DNA of 64,000 nucleotides from Syntrophobacter sp. SbD2 (GCA_945889495.1 CAMDBU010000001.1:17877-81876), one strand, 5' to 3'. Shown: positions 1-11,625, numbered from the stretch's first letter. A program made the numbers and translations. The notes: generated by a model not told the origin, from the sequence alone.

Positions 1-2898
<2,898 letters not shown>

Positions 2899-2950
2899 GC
2901 GCTATTCCGTTTGCTCGGCGCGCGTACCGGCACTAGAATCGCCGTCAGTC

Positions 2951-3481
2951 ATGGGCAAGCCGCCACGTTCATCGCCCCGTTGCATCATCATCGCCGGACC
3001 CAACGGCGCCGGTAAGACGACCTTTGCCCGTGAGTACCTGACTCAGGAAGCGGGTATCGTTCATTTCGTCAATCCGGATTTGATCGCCAGCGGGCTCTCG
3101 CCATTGCGGCCGGAGTTGGCGGCTTTTGAGGCGGGGCGATTGTTTCTTCGAGAAGTGGATCGTTTGGCTCGGGCGCGAAAGAGTTTCGCTTTCGAAAGCA
3201 CGTTAAGCGGCTTGAGCTACCGGCAGCGGCTGATGCGTTGGAAGGCTGCCGGCTACCGAATTCAAATTGTCTACCTACGAGTCTCCTCTCCTAAGATTGC
3301 GTTCCTGCGTATCGCCGCACGGGTTAAACAAGGTGGGCATAACGTACCGCGCAAGGACGTGCTGCGCCGGTTCGGTAGAAGTTGGATCAACTTTACAAAG
3401 GACTACCGTCTGTTGGCCGATACCTGGAGCGTATATGATAACTCGGGAATCGTGCCGCGGTTAGTGGAGCAGGGACCGTGA
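2951..3481 (+). CDS. P-loop NTPase / kinase, zeta-toxin-like (AAA_33 / PF06414-like), 176 aa.
   Basis: Walker A motif [19 protein letters not shown] at the N-terminus. Size and layout are those of small zeta/UNAG-kinase-like P-loop kinases. Confidence 0.5.
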   Translation: MGKPPRSSPRCIIIAGPNGAGKTTFAREYLTQEAGIVHFVNPDLIASGLSPLRPELAAFEAGRLFLREVDRLARARKSFAFESTLSGLSYRQRLMRWKAAGYRIQIVYLRVSSPKIAFLRIAARVKQGGHNVPRKDVLRRFGRSWINFTKDYRLLADTWSVYDNSGIVPRLVEQGP

Positions 3482-3636
3482 AAACTACAAAAGTGAAAAA
3501 AGAAACCAGGGAATTTTCCGCCGCCGTCGGCCGCGCCTTGCGCCGGGCGGCCAAGGTGGCGCGCAAGACCGCGCGCATGCATGGCACGCCGATTTATGTC
3601 TGGAAAGACGGCAAGGTCGTCGCCGAAAAGCCGTAG
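3478..3636 (+). CDS. Small basic protein, 52 aa, translationally coupled to the upstream kinase (GTG start inside a GTGA overlap with the kinase stop). Candidate partner or antitoxin-like ORF.
   Basis: The GTG overlaps the TGA of the kinase. GGAG lies 9 nt upstream. The second half has high GC3. Sequence VKTTKVKKETREFSAAVGRALRRAAKVARKTARMHGTPIYVWKDGKVVAEKP. It is below the 60-aa cutoff of the ORF track. Confidence 0.35.
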   Translation: MKTTKVKKETREFSAAVGRALRRAAKVARKTARMHGTPIYVWKDGKVVAEKP

Positions 3637-3754
3637 CCGATCTCGCCGGATTCCCCGATCTTCCCGTCAATAATTCAACTTGCACAAAGAGCGGCGTGGC
3701 TGTTAGTGTCGCCGCACAGACTAGCGGGCTAACTCATTCAAGAAGGAGAATTTT

Positions 3755-4138
3755 ATGCCGACCAAAAGCGAGCCGATTATCATCGAAGCGGCGGGGATGC
3801 GGATCTGGGTGGATTACCGCAAGGGCATCGGCGGCGACGAGGGGCTGACCTTCGACGTTACAACCGTGGGCGACAAGGACGGAGATAGAATCCTGCGTTT
3901 CGACTGCTTCAGCAAGACGCCGCATTACCACGTCGGTTCCGCGCCCAAGAGTCCGGTGCACGACATGATCGCCGAAGGTATCGCCGACCCGGTGCGTTGG
4001 ACTTTGGAACAGTTGAAGACTCGGCTTCCCTCCATGGTCGCCGAAGCCGGCTACGACGATATCGCCAAGACCATCGACCAAGCGGCGATTGCCCAGAGCC
4101 TTACCCGAGCGGAACCCGACATTTTCGCCAAAATGTAG
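3755..4138 (+). CDS. Hypothetical protein, 127 aa, with no recognisable domain.
   Basis: Strong RBS AAGGAGAATTTTATG. High GC3. An isolated ORF between the kinase pair and the cupin gene. Confidence 0.5.
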   Translation: MPTKSEPIIIEAAGMRIWVDYRKGIGGDEGLTFDVTTVGDKDGDRILRFDCFSKTPHYHVGSAPKSPVHDMIAEGIADPVRWTLEQLKTRLPSMVAEAGYDDIAKTIDQAAIAQSLTRAEPDIFAKM

Positions 4139-4395
4139 CGGCGTGGCGGTTGGTTCTCTTCGATCTTAAAAGAAGCGCGGGCTTTCTAGCCCACGTGGTT
4201 AATTTCGCGGACAGGAATGTCCGCGCTCCCATCTCGTGATCTTTTCTGCAACCACTTGGATTGCTTGCGTGGCACTACTCAGTAGTGGCATATCCACTAC
4301 TGAGAGCTGCCTCCCTCGAAGCGCGTTTAACCCACGCGCTTGCACTGAGCCAGCTCTGTCGGAACCCACTGAACAATCAACGGAGGCATTACACC

Positions 4396-5541
4396 ATGGC
4401 GCAAGACTTTGTTGGCACCAAACGCTGGATACGGCCGGCGACTCCTTATGAAACTTACATGGACGAGCAAAATCTGCCGATCCATCGCGGCGCGGTGGGG
4501 TTCTATGACATTCGCGAGCTCGACTTGGCGCCTTGGCCGCGCATGGGCGCGCGTGGCGCATTCATCGAGCTCAACGGCTGCGGCGGTCTCCAGGGCATGT
4601 ATGTCATCGAGGTGCCGAGCGCCGGCGTGATCGCGCCCGAGAAGCATATGTACGAGGAGATCTTCTACGTGCTCGAAGGGCGCGGCACCACCGAGATCTG
4701 GAGCGACGATGCGACCAAGAAGCAGACCTTCGAATGGCAGCAGGGCAGCTTGTTCTCGCCGCCGATGAATACCTGGCACCGCATCGTCAACGCCACTTCC
4801 AGCCCGGCGTTGCTGCTCGGCGTCACCAACGCGCCGCCGATTTTTCATCTGTACCGCAGCCAGGACGCGCTGTTTAACAATCCCTATCAGTTCAAAGACC
4901 GTTACGATGGCAGCGCGGAGTATTTCAAAGCGCACACCGAGCTCGGCAAGGACCCGCGCCATGGCCGGGCGCGCAATTACGGCAACATCATTCCCGACGC
5001 CGACCGCGTCGAGCTGCCGCTGGACGGCCAGCGCGGTGTCGGCCACCGGACGTTTTTTTGGAATCTGTCGGGCAATAGTTTTCAGGGCTTCATCGCGCAG
5101 TACGCGCCGGGGCGCTACTCGCGCTGTCACAACCACGAAGCCGGCCCAGTGCTGCTCTGCCTGGGCGGCAAAGGTTACACCATCACCTGGCCAGGCGGCG
5201 CCGGTACGACACCGTGGCAGGATGGTAAAGGCGACTTGGTGCTGCGCCAAGACTACAAAGCCGGCGGCATCGTTAGCGCCGCGCCCGGCGACGCCGGCTG
5301 GTTTCACGGCCACTACGGCGCGTCCAAAGACCCCTTGCGCGTGTTGGCTTTTCTCGGCGGCTTTCCGCGCCGCGTCATGGGCGTGCCCGGCGTCGACTGG
5401 CGCGGTTTGAATCTTGACATCAAAGAAGGCGGCAGCACCATCGAGTACCGCGACGAAGACCCCTACATTCGCAAAATGTTCCAGGAGCAGCTGGCCAAGG
5501 AAGGCGCGGCGTTCAATATGCCGGAGGAAGCGTATCGGTAG
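4396..5541 (+). CDS. Bicupin protein, gentisate-1,2-dioxygenase-like (two cupin barrels), 381 aa.
   Basis: RBS GGAGG then ATG at 4396. The track ORF starts further upstream in the same frame. It is a paralogue of 32345-33442. Cupin His motifs (…CHNHEAGPV…) are present. Confidence 0.7.
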   Translation: MAQDFVGTKRWIRPATPYETYMDEQNLPIHRGAVGFYDIRELDLAPWPRMGARGAFIELNGCGGLQGMYVIEVPSAGVIAPEKHMYEEIFYVLEGRGTTEIWSDDATKKQTFEWQQGSLFSPPMNTWHRIVNATSSPALLLGVTNAPPIFHLYRSQDALFNNPYQFKDRYDGSAEYFKAHTELGKDPRHGRARNYGNIIPDADRVELPLDGQRGVGHRTFFWNLSGNSFQGFIAQYAPGRYSRCHNHEAGPVLLCLGGKGYTITWPGGAGTTPWQDGKGDLVLRQDYKAGGIVSAAPGDAGWFHGHYGASKDPLRVLAFLGGFPRRVMGVPGVDWRGLNLDIKEGGSTIEYRDEDPYIRKMFQEQLAKEGAAFNMPEEAYR

Positions 5542-5591
5542 GAGGTTCGAAGCCGCGAGAGGTGCAGACTGTTTACGTCCGACTAACACCC

Positions 5592-6572
5592 TCAGCGAAT
5601 CACCCGATCGGCTCGGCGCAGCACCGCGTCGGAAATTTTTAGATTCAGCGCCTTGGCGGTTTTGCGATTGATCACGAACTCGAATTTGGTCGGCTCTTCC
5701 ACTGGTAGCTCGGCGGGTTTCACGCCCTTGAGTATTTTGTCGACGTAACCGGCGGCGCGGCGGAATACTTCTGGCTCGTCGGCGGAGTAGGACATCAGGC
5801 CGCCGGCTTCCACCCAGGTGCTACCTTCGAAGGCGCTCGGCAGCCGGTGTTCGATGGCGAGCTCGGCGATGCGCTTTTGGTGATTGATCAGCATGGGCGT
5901 TAGCGTCAGCAGAGCATCCAACTGCAATTTTGCCGCGGCACCGAATGCGCCTTCCAAGTCTGGCTGTGAACCATGCACATCGATGACCTGCCCCTTAAGA
6001 TTCACATCGTGAGCGGCGGTTTCGATCTCGCGCATACGGAGCAAACTGTTACTAAGGTCGTTGGTGTTGCGCAGGATACCGATGCGCGTGATCTGCGGCA
6101 CGATCTCTTTGAGTAACTCGAGCCGCTTGTTGGTCAATGGCCGGCTCAAGGTGGTCACGCCGGTGATGTTGCCGCCGGGACGAGCTAGGTTTGGGACGAG
6201 GCCGCTGTCCACTGGGTTCATGTTACTGACCATGACGATCGGTGTCGTCTTGACTAATCGCTTGGCGGTGACGACCTGGAGCGGCACGACCATGACATCG
6301 ACCTTGAGATGGAGTAGTTCGCCGATGAGCCGCTGAAACACTTCGCTTTCGGTGGCGCTGAAGCGGTACTCGACGACGATATTCTTGCCCTCGACGTAGC
6401 CGAGTTTCGCCAACCCCTGGCGAAACGCCGCCACCAGCGGCCCAGGCGACGCCGCATCGCGGCCGGAAATGTAACCGATGCGCGGAACTCTAACGGTCTC
6501 TTGCGCGTGGATCGCGGAGGCGAGTTGGAGATTGGCGATGATGACGACAGCTCCGATAAGTGATGGGATCAT
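5592..6572 (-). CDS. ABC transporter substrate-binding protein (PF04392 / ABC_sub_bind type). An orphan.
   Basis: Signal peptide MIPSLIGAVVIIANLQLASAIHA. Conserved …RIGYISG… and C-terminal …YVDKILKGVKPAELPVEEPTKFEFVINRKTAKALNL…. It is a paralogue of 44565-45554. Confidence 0.7.
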   Translation of the reverse strand: MIPSLIGAVVIIANLQLASAIHAQETVRVPRIGYISGRDAASPGPLVAAFRQGLAKLGYVEGKNIVVEYRFSATESEVFQRLIGELLHLKVDVMVVPLQVVTAKRLVKTTPIVMVSNMNPVDSGLVPNLARPGGNITGVTTLSRPLTNKRLELLKEIVPQITRIGILRNTNDLSNSLLRMREIETAAHDVNLKGQVIDVHGSQPDLEGAFGAAAKLQLDALLTLTPMLINHQKRIAELAIEHRLPSAFEGSTWVEAGGLMSYSADEPEVFRRAAGYVDKILKGVKPAELPVEEPTKFEFVINRKTAKALNLKISDAVLRRADRVIR

Positions 6573-6656
6573 GGTGCAATGTTCATCAGTCAATCTAAGG
6601 AACCAGGTCAAGGATACAACAACCTGCCGGGTATTTTAAACCACGCGATGGCACCG

Positions 6657-7883
6657 CTAGCCCCAGAGTTCTTCGCTCGCCAGCCTGGCGCCTTCAGTCA
6701 TCGCGTAAAGCTTTGCCATCGCAAGATTGGCATCCGGCAGATGGCGCAGCCCGCAGTCGGTGCAGGCGATCAAATTTTCTTTGCCGACCAGTTTGGCGAG
6801 CCGAATCAGCCGTTCGGCGACTAGTTCTGGGTGTTCGATGGACAGCGAAATATCGTCGATGACGCCGGGGAAGAGAATCTTGCCGTCGGGCAGTTTAGTT
6901 TCCTGCCAGATTTTCCATTCATGGCCGTGGCGCGGGTTGGCGGATTCAATCGTCACGCCGGTGACGTTGGCTTTGAGGACGATGTCGATGACGTCTTGGA
7001 GCGCGATGTCGCGGTGGTGCGGCCCGGCGTAGTTGCCCCAGCAGACATGCATGCGCACTTGCTCGGGCGGGATGGTCTTGAGCGCGTAGTTCAAGCACTC
7101 GACATGTTGCTCGATGACCTTGCGAAATTGTTTGACGCTCAGATGCGCGTAGTCGGTATTGGCGCCGGAGGCTAAGTCTGGGCAGTCCAGTTGCAAGACA
7201 AAACCGGCGTCGGTAATCGCTTGGTATTCCAAACGCATGACATCGGCGACCGCCTGCATGTAGCGCTCTTCGTTGGGATAGTATTCGTTTCTGAAAAAGC
7301 GCACGAAGCAACCGGGTGACAGCGCCGACATGAAAGTGTCGTGGGGCGTGGTTTTCGCTACCGCGGCGGACAACCGCGCGATGTCGGTTTCCACGGCAGC
7401 AAAATCCTTCCAGGTGATCGGGCCGGTGCAGACGTAAGCGAAGCCGCCGTTGTCCTGGCCATCGCTCTGGGCGCGTGCCAGATCGTGGAACTCGGCGATG
7501 TCGGTGCGGTAGTGGCGCGGCGCGCCGGCGAGATCGTCGCGCCGGGCTAGGCCACTGTCGTGCGGCCGGACGATGCCCTGGACGACGCTCCACGGTTCGG
7601 CGCTCTGGGCGCGCGAGCGCGGCTTTCGTTCCAGGCCGCTCACCCGGTGGACGACATAATCGTTCCATGCGGTTTTGCTGAGCTCGCCGTCGCCGACGAT
7701 GTCGACGCCGACTTCGATCTGGCGCCGCACCACTTCATCGATGGCGGTGGTCAAGGTCGCGTCGATGATCGTCTGATCGTAGGCCTCGCCGCGCCGCTTG
7801 GCGCCCAACGCCTGGCGCACCTGCGGTGGCAACGGCAGGCTGCCGGTATGGGTGGTGAGAATGCGTTCGGTGCTGCGTTTCAT
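6657..7883 (-). CDS. Short, stand-alone catalytic-domain form of the cobalamin-independent methionine synthase (MetE) family, 408 aa.
   Basis: Zn-ligand-like motifs HVCWGN and CTDCGLRHLP (compare MetE H-x-C and DCGLK). It has no N-terminal folate-binding duplication. Confidence 0.7.
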   Translation of the reverse strand: MKRSTERILTTHTGSLPLPPQVRQALGAKRRGEAYDQTIIDATLTTAIDEVVRRQIEVGVDIVGDGELSKTAWNDYVVHRVSGLERKPRSRAQSAEPWSVVQGIVRPHDSGLARRDDLAGAPRHYRTDIAEFHDLARAQSDGQDNGGFAYVCTGPITWKDFAAVETDIARLSAAVAKTTPHDTFMSALSPGCFVRFFRNEYYPNEERYMQAVADVMRLEYQAITDAGFVLQLDCPDLASGANTDYAHLSVKQFRKVIEQHVECLNYALKTIPPEQVRMHVCWGNYAGPHHRDIALQDVIDIVLKANVTGVTIESANPRHGHEWKIWQETKLPDGKILFPGVIDDISLSIEHPELVAERLIRLAKLVGKENLIACTDCGLRHLPDANLAMAKLYAMTEGARLASEELWG

Positions 7884-7913
7884 TGAGAAATCCTTGGCCG
7901 TGCAAGATCGAAG

Positions 7914-8198
7914 CTATTTGAAGGGGACGCTCTCAGTTAAGCTGAGTATCTCCTCGATGTTGTCGACATCGGTGAACCGGCATACACCGAGGTTCACGGA
8001 CTGAGTGTGACATGGCTTGCTATGGTGCGCCGAACTGGTCAATAAGTCGATGCCTTCGCGTAGTGCGGCATTGAGCACTTCCACCAGGCTAACTCCCTGA
8101 TTGTCGGCCAAGCGTTGGGCGGATTCAGCGAGATCTTGGTCCAAATAGATTCTGACGCGCATGCGACGAAGCATAGTTGTCCAGATCAGCCGATGCAA
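7914..8198 (-). CDS. Ribbon-helix-helix (CopG/antitoxin-like) DNA-binding protein. The start is uncertain: TTG at 8198, or ATG at 8174 or 8162.
   Basis: MRVRIYLDQDLAESAQRLADNQGVSLVEVLNAALREGIDLL is a typical RHH beta-strand plus two helices. It lies 30 nt upstream of the MetE-like gene. Confidence 0.45.
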   Translation of the reverse strand: MHRLIWTTMLRRMRVRIYLDQDLAESAQRLADNQGVSLVEVLNAALREGIDLLTSSAHHSKPCHTQSVNLGVCRFTDVDNIEEILSLTESVPFK

Positions 8199-8266
8199 GA
8201 ATATATTCTTGTCCCAGCTCGCCGCTCGCGGAAAATTTCATGCTCATGGATGATCAAGGGCAACCA

Positions 8267-9511
8267 TCACGCCGGCTCCTGCACCAAGACCGGCGACTCC
8301 TTCGCCTCTTCGCGGATCGCCAGGACGATCAGGTTGGCGACGAACACGGTGCCGGCGAGGAAATAAAAGGCGCTCAAGATGCCCCAGCGGTCGGCGATCA
8401 TGCCGCACAGCCATGGCGAGACCGAGCTGAGTAATGATTGGGCGCCGGAGAAAAAACTCACCGTGCTGCCGCCGACTTCCTTGGGGCTCAGGTCGAGCAC
8501 CCAGGCCCAGATCACCGGGCGCACGGCGTAGAGGAAAAATCCCAGCATGGCCAGGCCGCTGATGAACAACCAGTTCAAACGAAAGTAAGCGAGCACGATG
8601 AGCGCGATGCTGGTGGAAAATAGCCCGGCGGAGAGCACGCGCTTGCGGCCGCTGCGGTCCGACATGCTGCCGGCGATGGGCGTGCCGATCAGCCCGGCGG
8701 TTTGGATCACCGATGGATAGAGCCCGGCCACCGCGCTCGATAGCCCTAAGTCGTTGGTTAGGTAGATTGGGATGAAGGTGTGCAAGCCCTGCTGGGTCAT
8801 GGAGCGCATGCCGGCGACCAGGACGAGTAGCAAGATGCTCGGGTTCTGCGCCAGCTTTTTCATGCCGGAAAAGTATTCCTTGGCGGACAAGCCCTTTTTC
8901 CTTTGGGTGACGGAGTCCAATTTGCCGAAGAGGAATTTCCACAGGATGAAAGCGATGACGATGCCAGGAATTAGATTGATGAACAGCACGCTGCGCCAGG
9001 ATAGATAGAGCAGCAGGATGCCGACTAACAACGGCGCCAGACTTTCGCCGACGTTGGGGCCCATGGCGTGGATGGCGATGGCGAAGCCGCGCTTGTCGGG
9101 ATAGCGTTCCGACAAGGTCGAGATCGCCGCCGGATGCCAGAGATAATTGCCGACGCCGACAAACGCCATGAACAGAGCGATCCAAAAGTAATTCTGGCTG
9201 ACGCCGACGAGAAAGTAGGGCACGCCGGTGGCGACCAGCGCCAGCGCCATCAGCAGCGCCTTCTTGCCGATCAAATCGACCAGCATGCCGGCGGGTATGT
9301 TGATCAACAAATTGGCTGCGGCGCGGATGGTGACGAGAAAGCCGGCCTGGGCGTAGGTGAGCCCCATCTCCTTGACCAAAAACGGCAGCAGCAGATAGAA
9401 GGTCGCCGGACACCAATGAGTAAACGTATGGCCCAAGGCGATCATCCAGAGGATCGAATCGGTCTGGCGCAGCTCGCGCACCTGATTCACGATGTTTTGT
9501 TTTAACGACAT
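8267..9511 (-). CDS. MFS transporter, 414 aa.
   Basis: About 12 predicted TM helices. An MFS motif-A-like sequence sits between TM2 and TM3 and again between TM8 and TM9. Confidence 0.8.
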   Translation of the reverse strand: MSLKQNIVNQVRELRQTDSILWMIALGHTFTHWCPATFYLLLPFLVKEMGLTYAQAGFLVTIRAAANLLINIPAGMLVDLIGKKALLMALALVATGVPYFLVGVSQNYFWIALFMAFVGVGNYLWHPAAISTLSERYPDKRGFAIAIHAMGPNVGESLAPLLVGILLLYLSWRSVLFINLIPGIVIAFILWKFLFGKLDSVTQRKKGLSAKEYFSGMKKLAQNPSILLLVLVAGMRSMTQQGLHTFIPIYLTNDLGLSSAVAGLYPSVIQTAGLIGTPIAGSMSDRSGRKRVLSAGLFSTSIALIVLAYFRLNWLFISGLAMLGFFLYAVRPVIWAWVLDLSPKEVGGSTVSFFSGAQSLLSSVSPWLCGMIADRWGILSAFYFLAGTVFVANLIVLAIREEAKESPVLVQEPA

Positions 9512-9624
9512 GGCGCCATCCTAGATCTCCAGACTATCGAATTTTTACTTATGCCCGGCGCTGGATTATTACAAGCTGAACAAACTGAGGTGTGACTCTT
9601 GGCTCGGTTCAAGTTTCCGGCGCG

Positions 9625-9726
9625 GTGAAAATCCGTCATTGCCGTGGCAACGGGAATCCAGGTTATTTCGCGTGGCAGTAAACTCGGAGGGCCTGGATTC
9701 CCGCCTCCGCGGGAATGACGGAATAT
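9625..9726. repeat. REP/MITE-like hairpin element, D family: two inverted copies of …TCCGTCATTsCCGnGG…GGGAATCCAGG.
   Basis: TCCGTCATTGCCGTGGCAACGGGAATCCAGG at 9632-9662, and its inverted partner CCTGGATTCCCGCCTCCGCGGGAATGACGGAAT at 9692-9724. It explains spurious ORFs 9569-9814 and 9765-9971 (…SFPRRRES…CHGNDG…). Confidence 0.6.
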
Positions 9727-9741
9727 CGCGATTTTCTGCGA

Positions 9742-10434
9742 ATGGCTTTGTCCCGTTGGGAACGTTATAAAAGTTGTCGAGGTAATCGATCGGTGAAAGG
9801 TGTTGGCAAACCAAAGCTCCGTTGCGCGGCCTGCGGCTCTTCGCTGGCGTTGTGCATGTGCGCCGAGTTGCCGCGCCTGGAGTTGCGCACCAGGGTGGCG
9901 CTGGTGATCCATCGCCATGAGCTGTTGCGCAGCAGCAACACCGGCATGCTGGCGCTGCGCGCGCTGGTCAATAGCGAGCTGCGCGTTCGCGGCGAACTGC
10001 GCGAGCAGCTCGACTTGAGCGAACTGTTGTCGCCGCAATATCGCTCGCTGCTCTATTTCCCCAGCGCCGACGCGCAAGAGCTCACGCCGGAATTGGTCGC
10101 CCAGGACCCGCGGCCGATCCAATTGATCGTGCCCGATGGCACCTGGCGCCAGGCGCGCAAGATTCACTCACGGCAGTATGAATTGAAGCAGGTGCCGCGG
10201 GTCAAGATCAGCACGGCCAATGATTCGGGCTACCAGCTGCGCGCCCAGAGCCGGCGCGAAGGCATGGCGACCTTGCTGGCGATCGCAGCGGCGCTGCGCA
10301 TTATCGAAAGCGACGCGGTGGCCGATCGATTGACGCAGCTCTATCAAGCGCGGGTGGCGCGCACGCTGGCGGCGCGCGGCCAGTTGCCGAAGGATTCAGA
10401 GTGGCGTTTCGCGACCGGCGCCAAGCTGTCGTAA
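9742..10434 (+). CDS. DTW-domain protein (tRNA-uridine aminocarboxypropyltransferase family, YfiP/TapT-like).
   Basis: Cys cluster LRCAACGSSLALCMC near the N-terminus and the DTW motif LIVPDGTWRQARK. The start was chosen at the ATG downstream of the repeat; ATG 9715 or a GTG are possible alternatives. Confidence 0.7.
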   Translation: MALSRWERYKSCRGNRSVKGVGKPKLRCAACGSSLALCMCAELPRLELRTRVALVIHRHELLRSSNTGMLALRALVNSELRVRGELREQLDLSELLSPQYRSLLYFPSADAQELTPELVAQDPRPIQLIVPDGTWRQARKIHSRQYELKQVPRVKISTANDSGYQLRAQSRREGMATLLAIAAALRIIESDAVADRLTQLYQARVARTLAARGQLPKDSEWRFATGAKLS

Positions 10435-10441
10435 GCGTGGC

Positions 10442-11524
10442 TCAGTCTCTAATATCCTGCAAAAACCAATCGGTGGGGATTTCTTGGCCGAGGCCGCGCT
10501 TCTTCGCTTCGCGCACCACCCAGCCGGCGGTGGAGGCGAACTGCAAGCCCTGGGTGCCGCTGTTGGCGAAAAAGGTGACTTGATTCTTGTCGGTGCGCCC
10601 TTTGAGTCTGCCCGCCATGATATCGGTGAGCAGCGGATAGTCTTTGGAGTAAACGTCGACTTTAGGATTGGCGATGCGTTTGATCTCTTCGGCGTTGCCG
10701 GCGACCACCGCGGCTTCGCCGCCGATGCGCAGCTGGCCGACGTCGAGATTCAAGGTCGGCCGGCCCATGCGGATCACCACGTCGGAGTTTTGCACGATCT
10801 CCGGGCTCCACTCGTTGGCTTTGACAGAGGTCAGATGCATGCCCGATTCGATCAAGTCCGGATCGCTGACCAGGACCTCGATGGAATCGGTGCAGGTGGC
10901 GACGATGTCCGAGCCGCGCAGCACTTCTTCCGGCTTGTCCACCGGAATAATTTCTAAATTCAATTTTTTGCCCATCTCAGCGGCAAAAGCATCGCGATTC
11001 TTTTTGGTCGGGCTGTAGACTTTTACTTTCTCGATCTTGCGCACTTCGTTGAAGGCCAACAGATAAGTTCGCGCCATGCCGCCGGAGCCCAGGATGCCGA
11101 CGGTTTTCGAATCCTCGCGGGATAAATATTTTACCCCCAAGCCGGCGCAGGCGCCGACCCGCATATGTTGGATGATGCCGTCGTTGATGATCGCCAGCGG
11201 TTCGCCGTTCTGGGTCGAGAACACCATGACGAAGCCGCAGAAGGTGCCAGGCTGGACGCAATATTTCTCGACGGTCTTGCCGTCGGGCCATTCGAGCATG
11301 TCGGATTTCATTCTGATCGCGAAGGTTTCAAAGGAGCGCGACGCCCCCTCCATGGTGCCCCAGCGGTACATCAGTTTGGGGTTGTCATTGGGCACAAAGA
11401 AATCATAACGGCCGCGATAATTGGCGCGCTCGTTCACTAGATCACGGTAGCCGGTGTCGAGGGCTTCGATGCAGCCCTTCATATCGAGAATCTGTTCGAC
11501 GACTTTATTATTGATCAGCAGCAT
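10442..11524 (-). CDS. Ornithine cyclodeaminase / mu-crystallin family protein, 360 aa.
   Basis: NAD-binding motif ILGSGGMARTYL. Length and overall pattern match the OCD family. Confidence 0.8.
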   Translation of the reverse strand: MLLINNKVVEQILDMKGCIEALDTGYRDLVNERANYRGRYDFFVPNDNPKLMYRWGTMEGASRSFETFAIRMKSDMLEWPDGKTVEKYCVQPGTFCGFVMVFSTQNGEPLAIINDGIIQHMRVGACAGLGVKYLSREDSKTVGILGSGGMARTYLLAFNEVRKIEKVKVYSPTKKNRDAFAAEMGKKLNLEIIPVDKPEEVLRGSDIVATCTDSIEVLVSDPDLIESGMHLTSVKANEWSPEIVQNSDVVIRMGRPTLNLDVGQLRIGGEAAVVAGNAEEIKRIANPKVDVYSKDYPLLTDIMAGRLKGRTDKNQVTFFANSGTQGLQFASTAGWVVREAKKRGLGQEIPTDWFLQDIRD

Positions 11525-11625
11525 GGAGCCTCCGGTTTCGACGCGATGTCGATTCTATTGCGGAGAAGCGGTTTGAATGCAAGCGGTCTCAGGGAAACGA
11601 GCTTGGGGCGGAGGGGAAGTCGGAG

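Noticed and set aside
4327-5589. A 420-aa ORF on the minus strand.
   Set aside because: It is entirely antisense to the well-supported bicupin gene. It has the Arg/Ala/Gly-rich, low-complexity composition typical of out-of-frame high-GC DNA.
8244-9416. A 390-aa minus-strand ORF.
   Set aside because: It is an alternative frame of the MFS transporter gene. The MFS frame gives coherent TM helices and this one does not.
9569-9971. Short ORFs translating as …SFPRRRESRPSEF…CHGNDG….
   Set aside because: They are translations of the D-family repeat. The same peptides recur wherever that repeat occurs.
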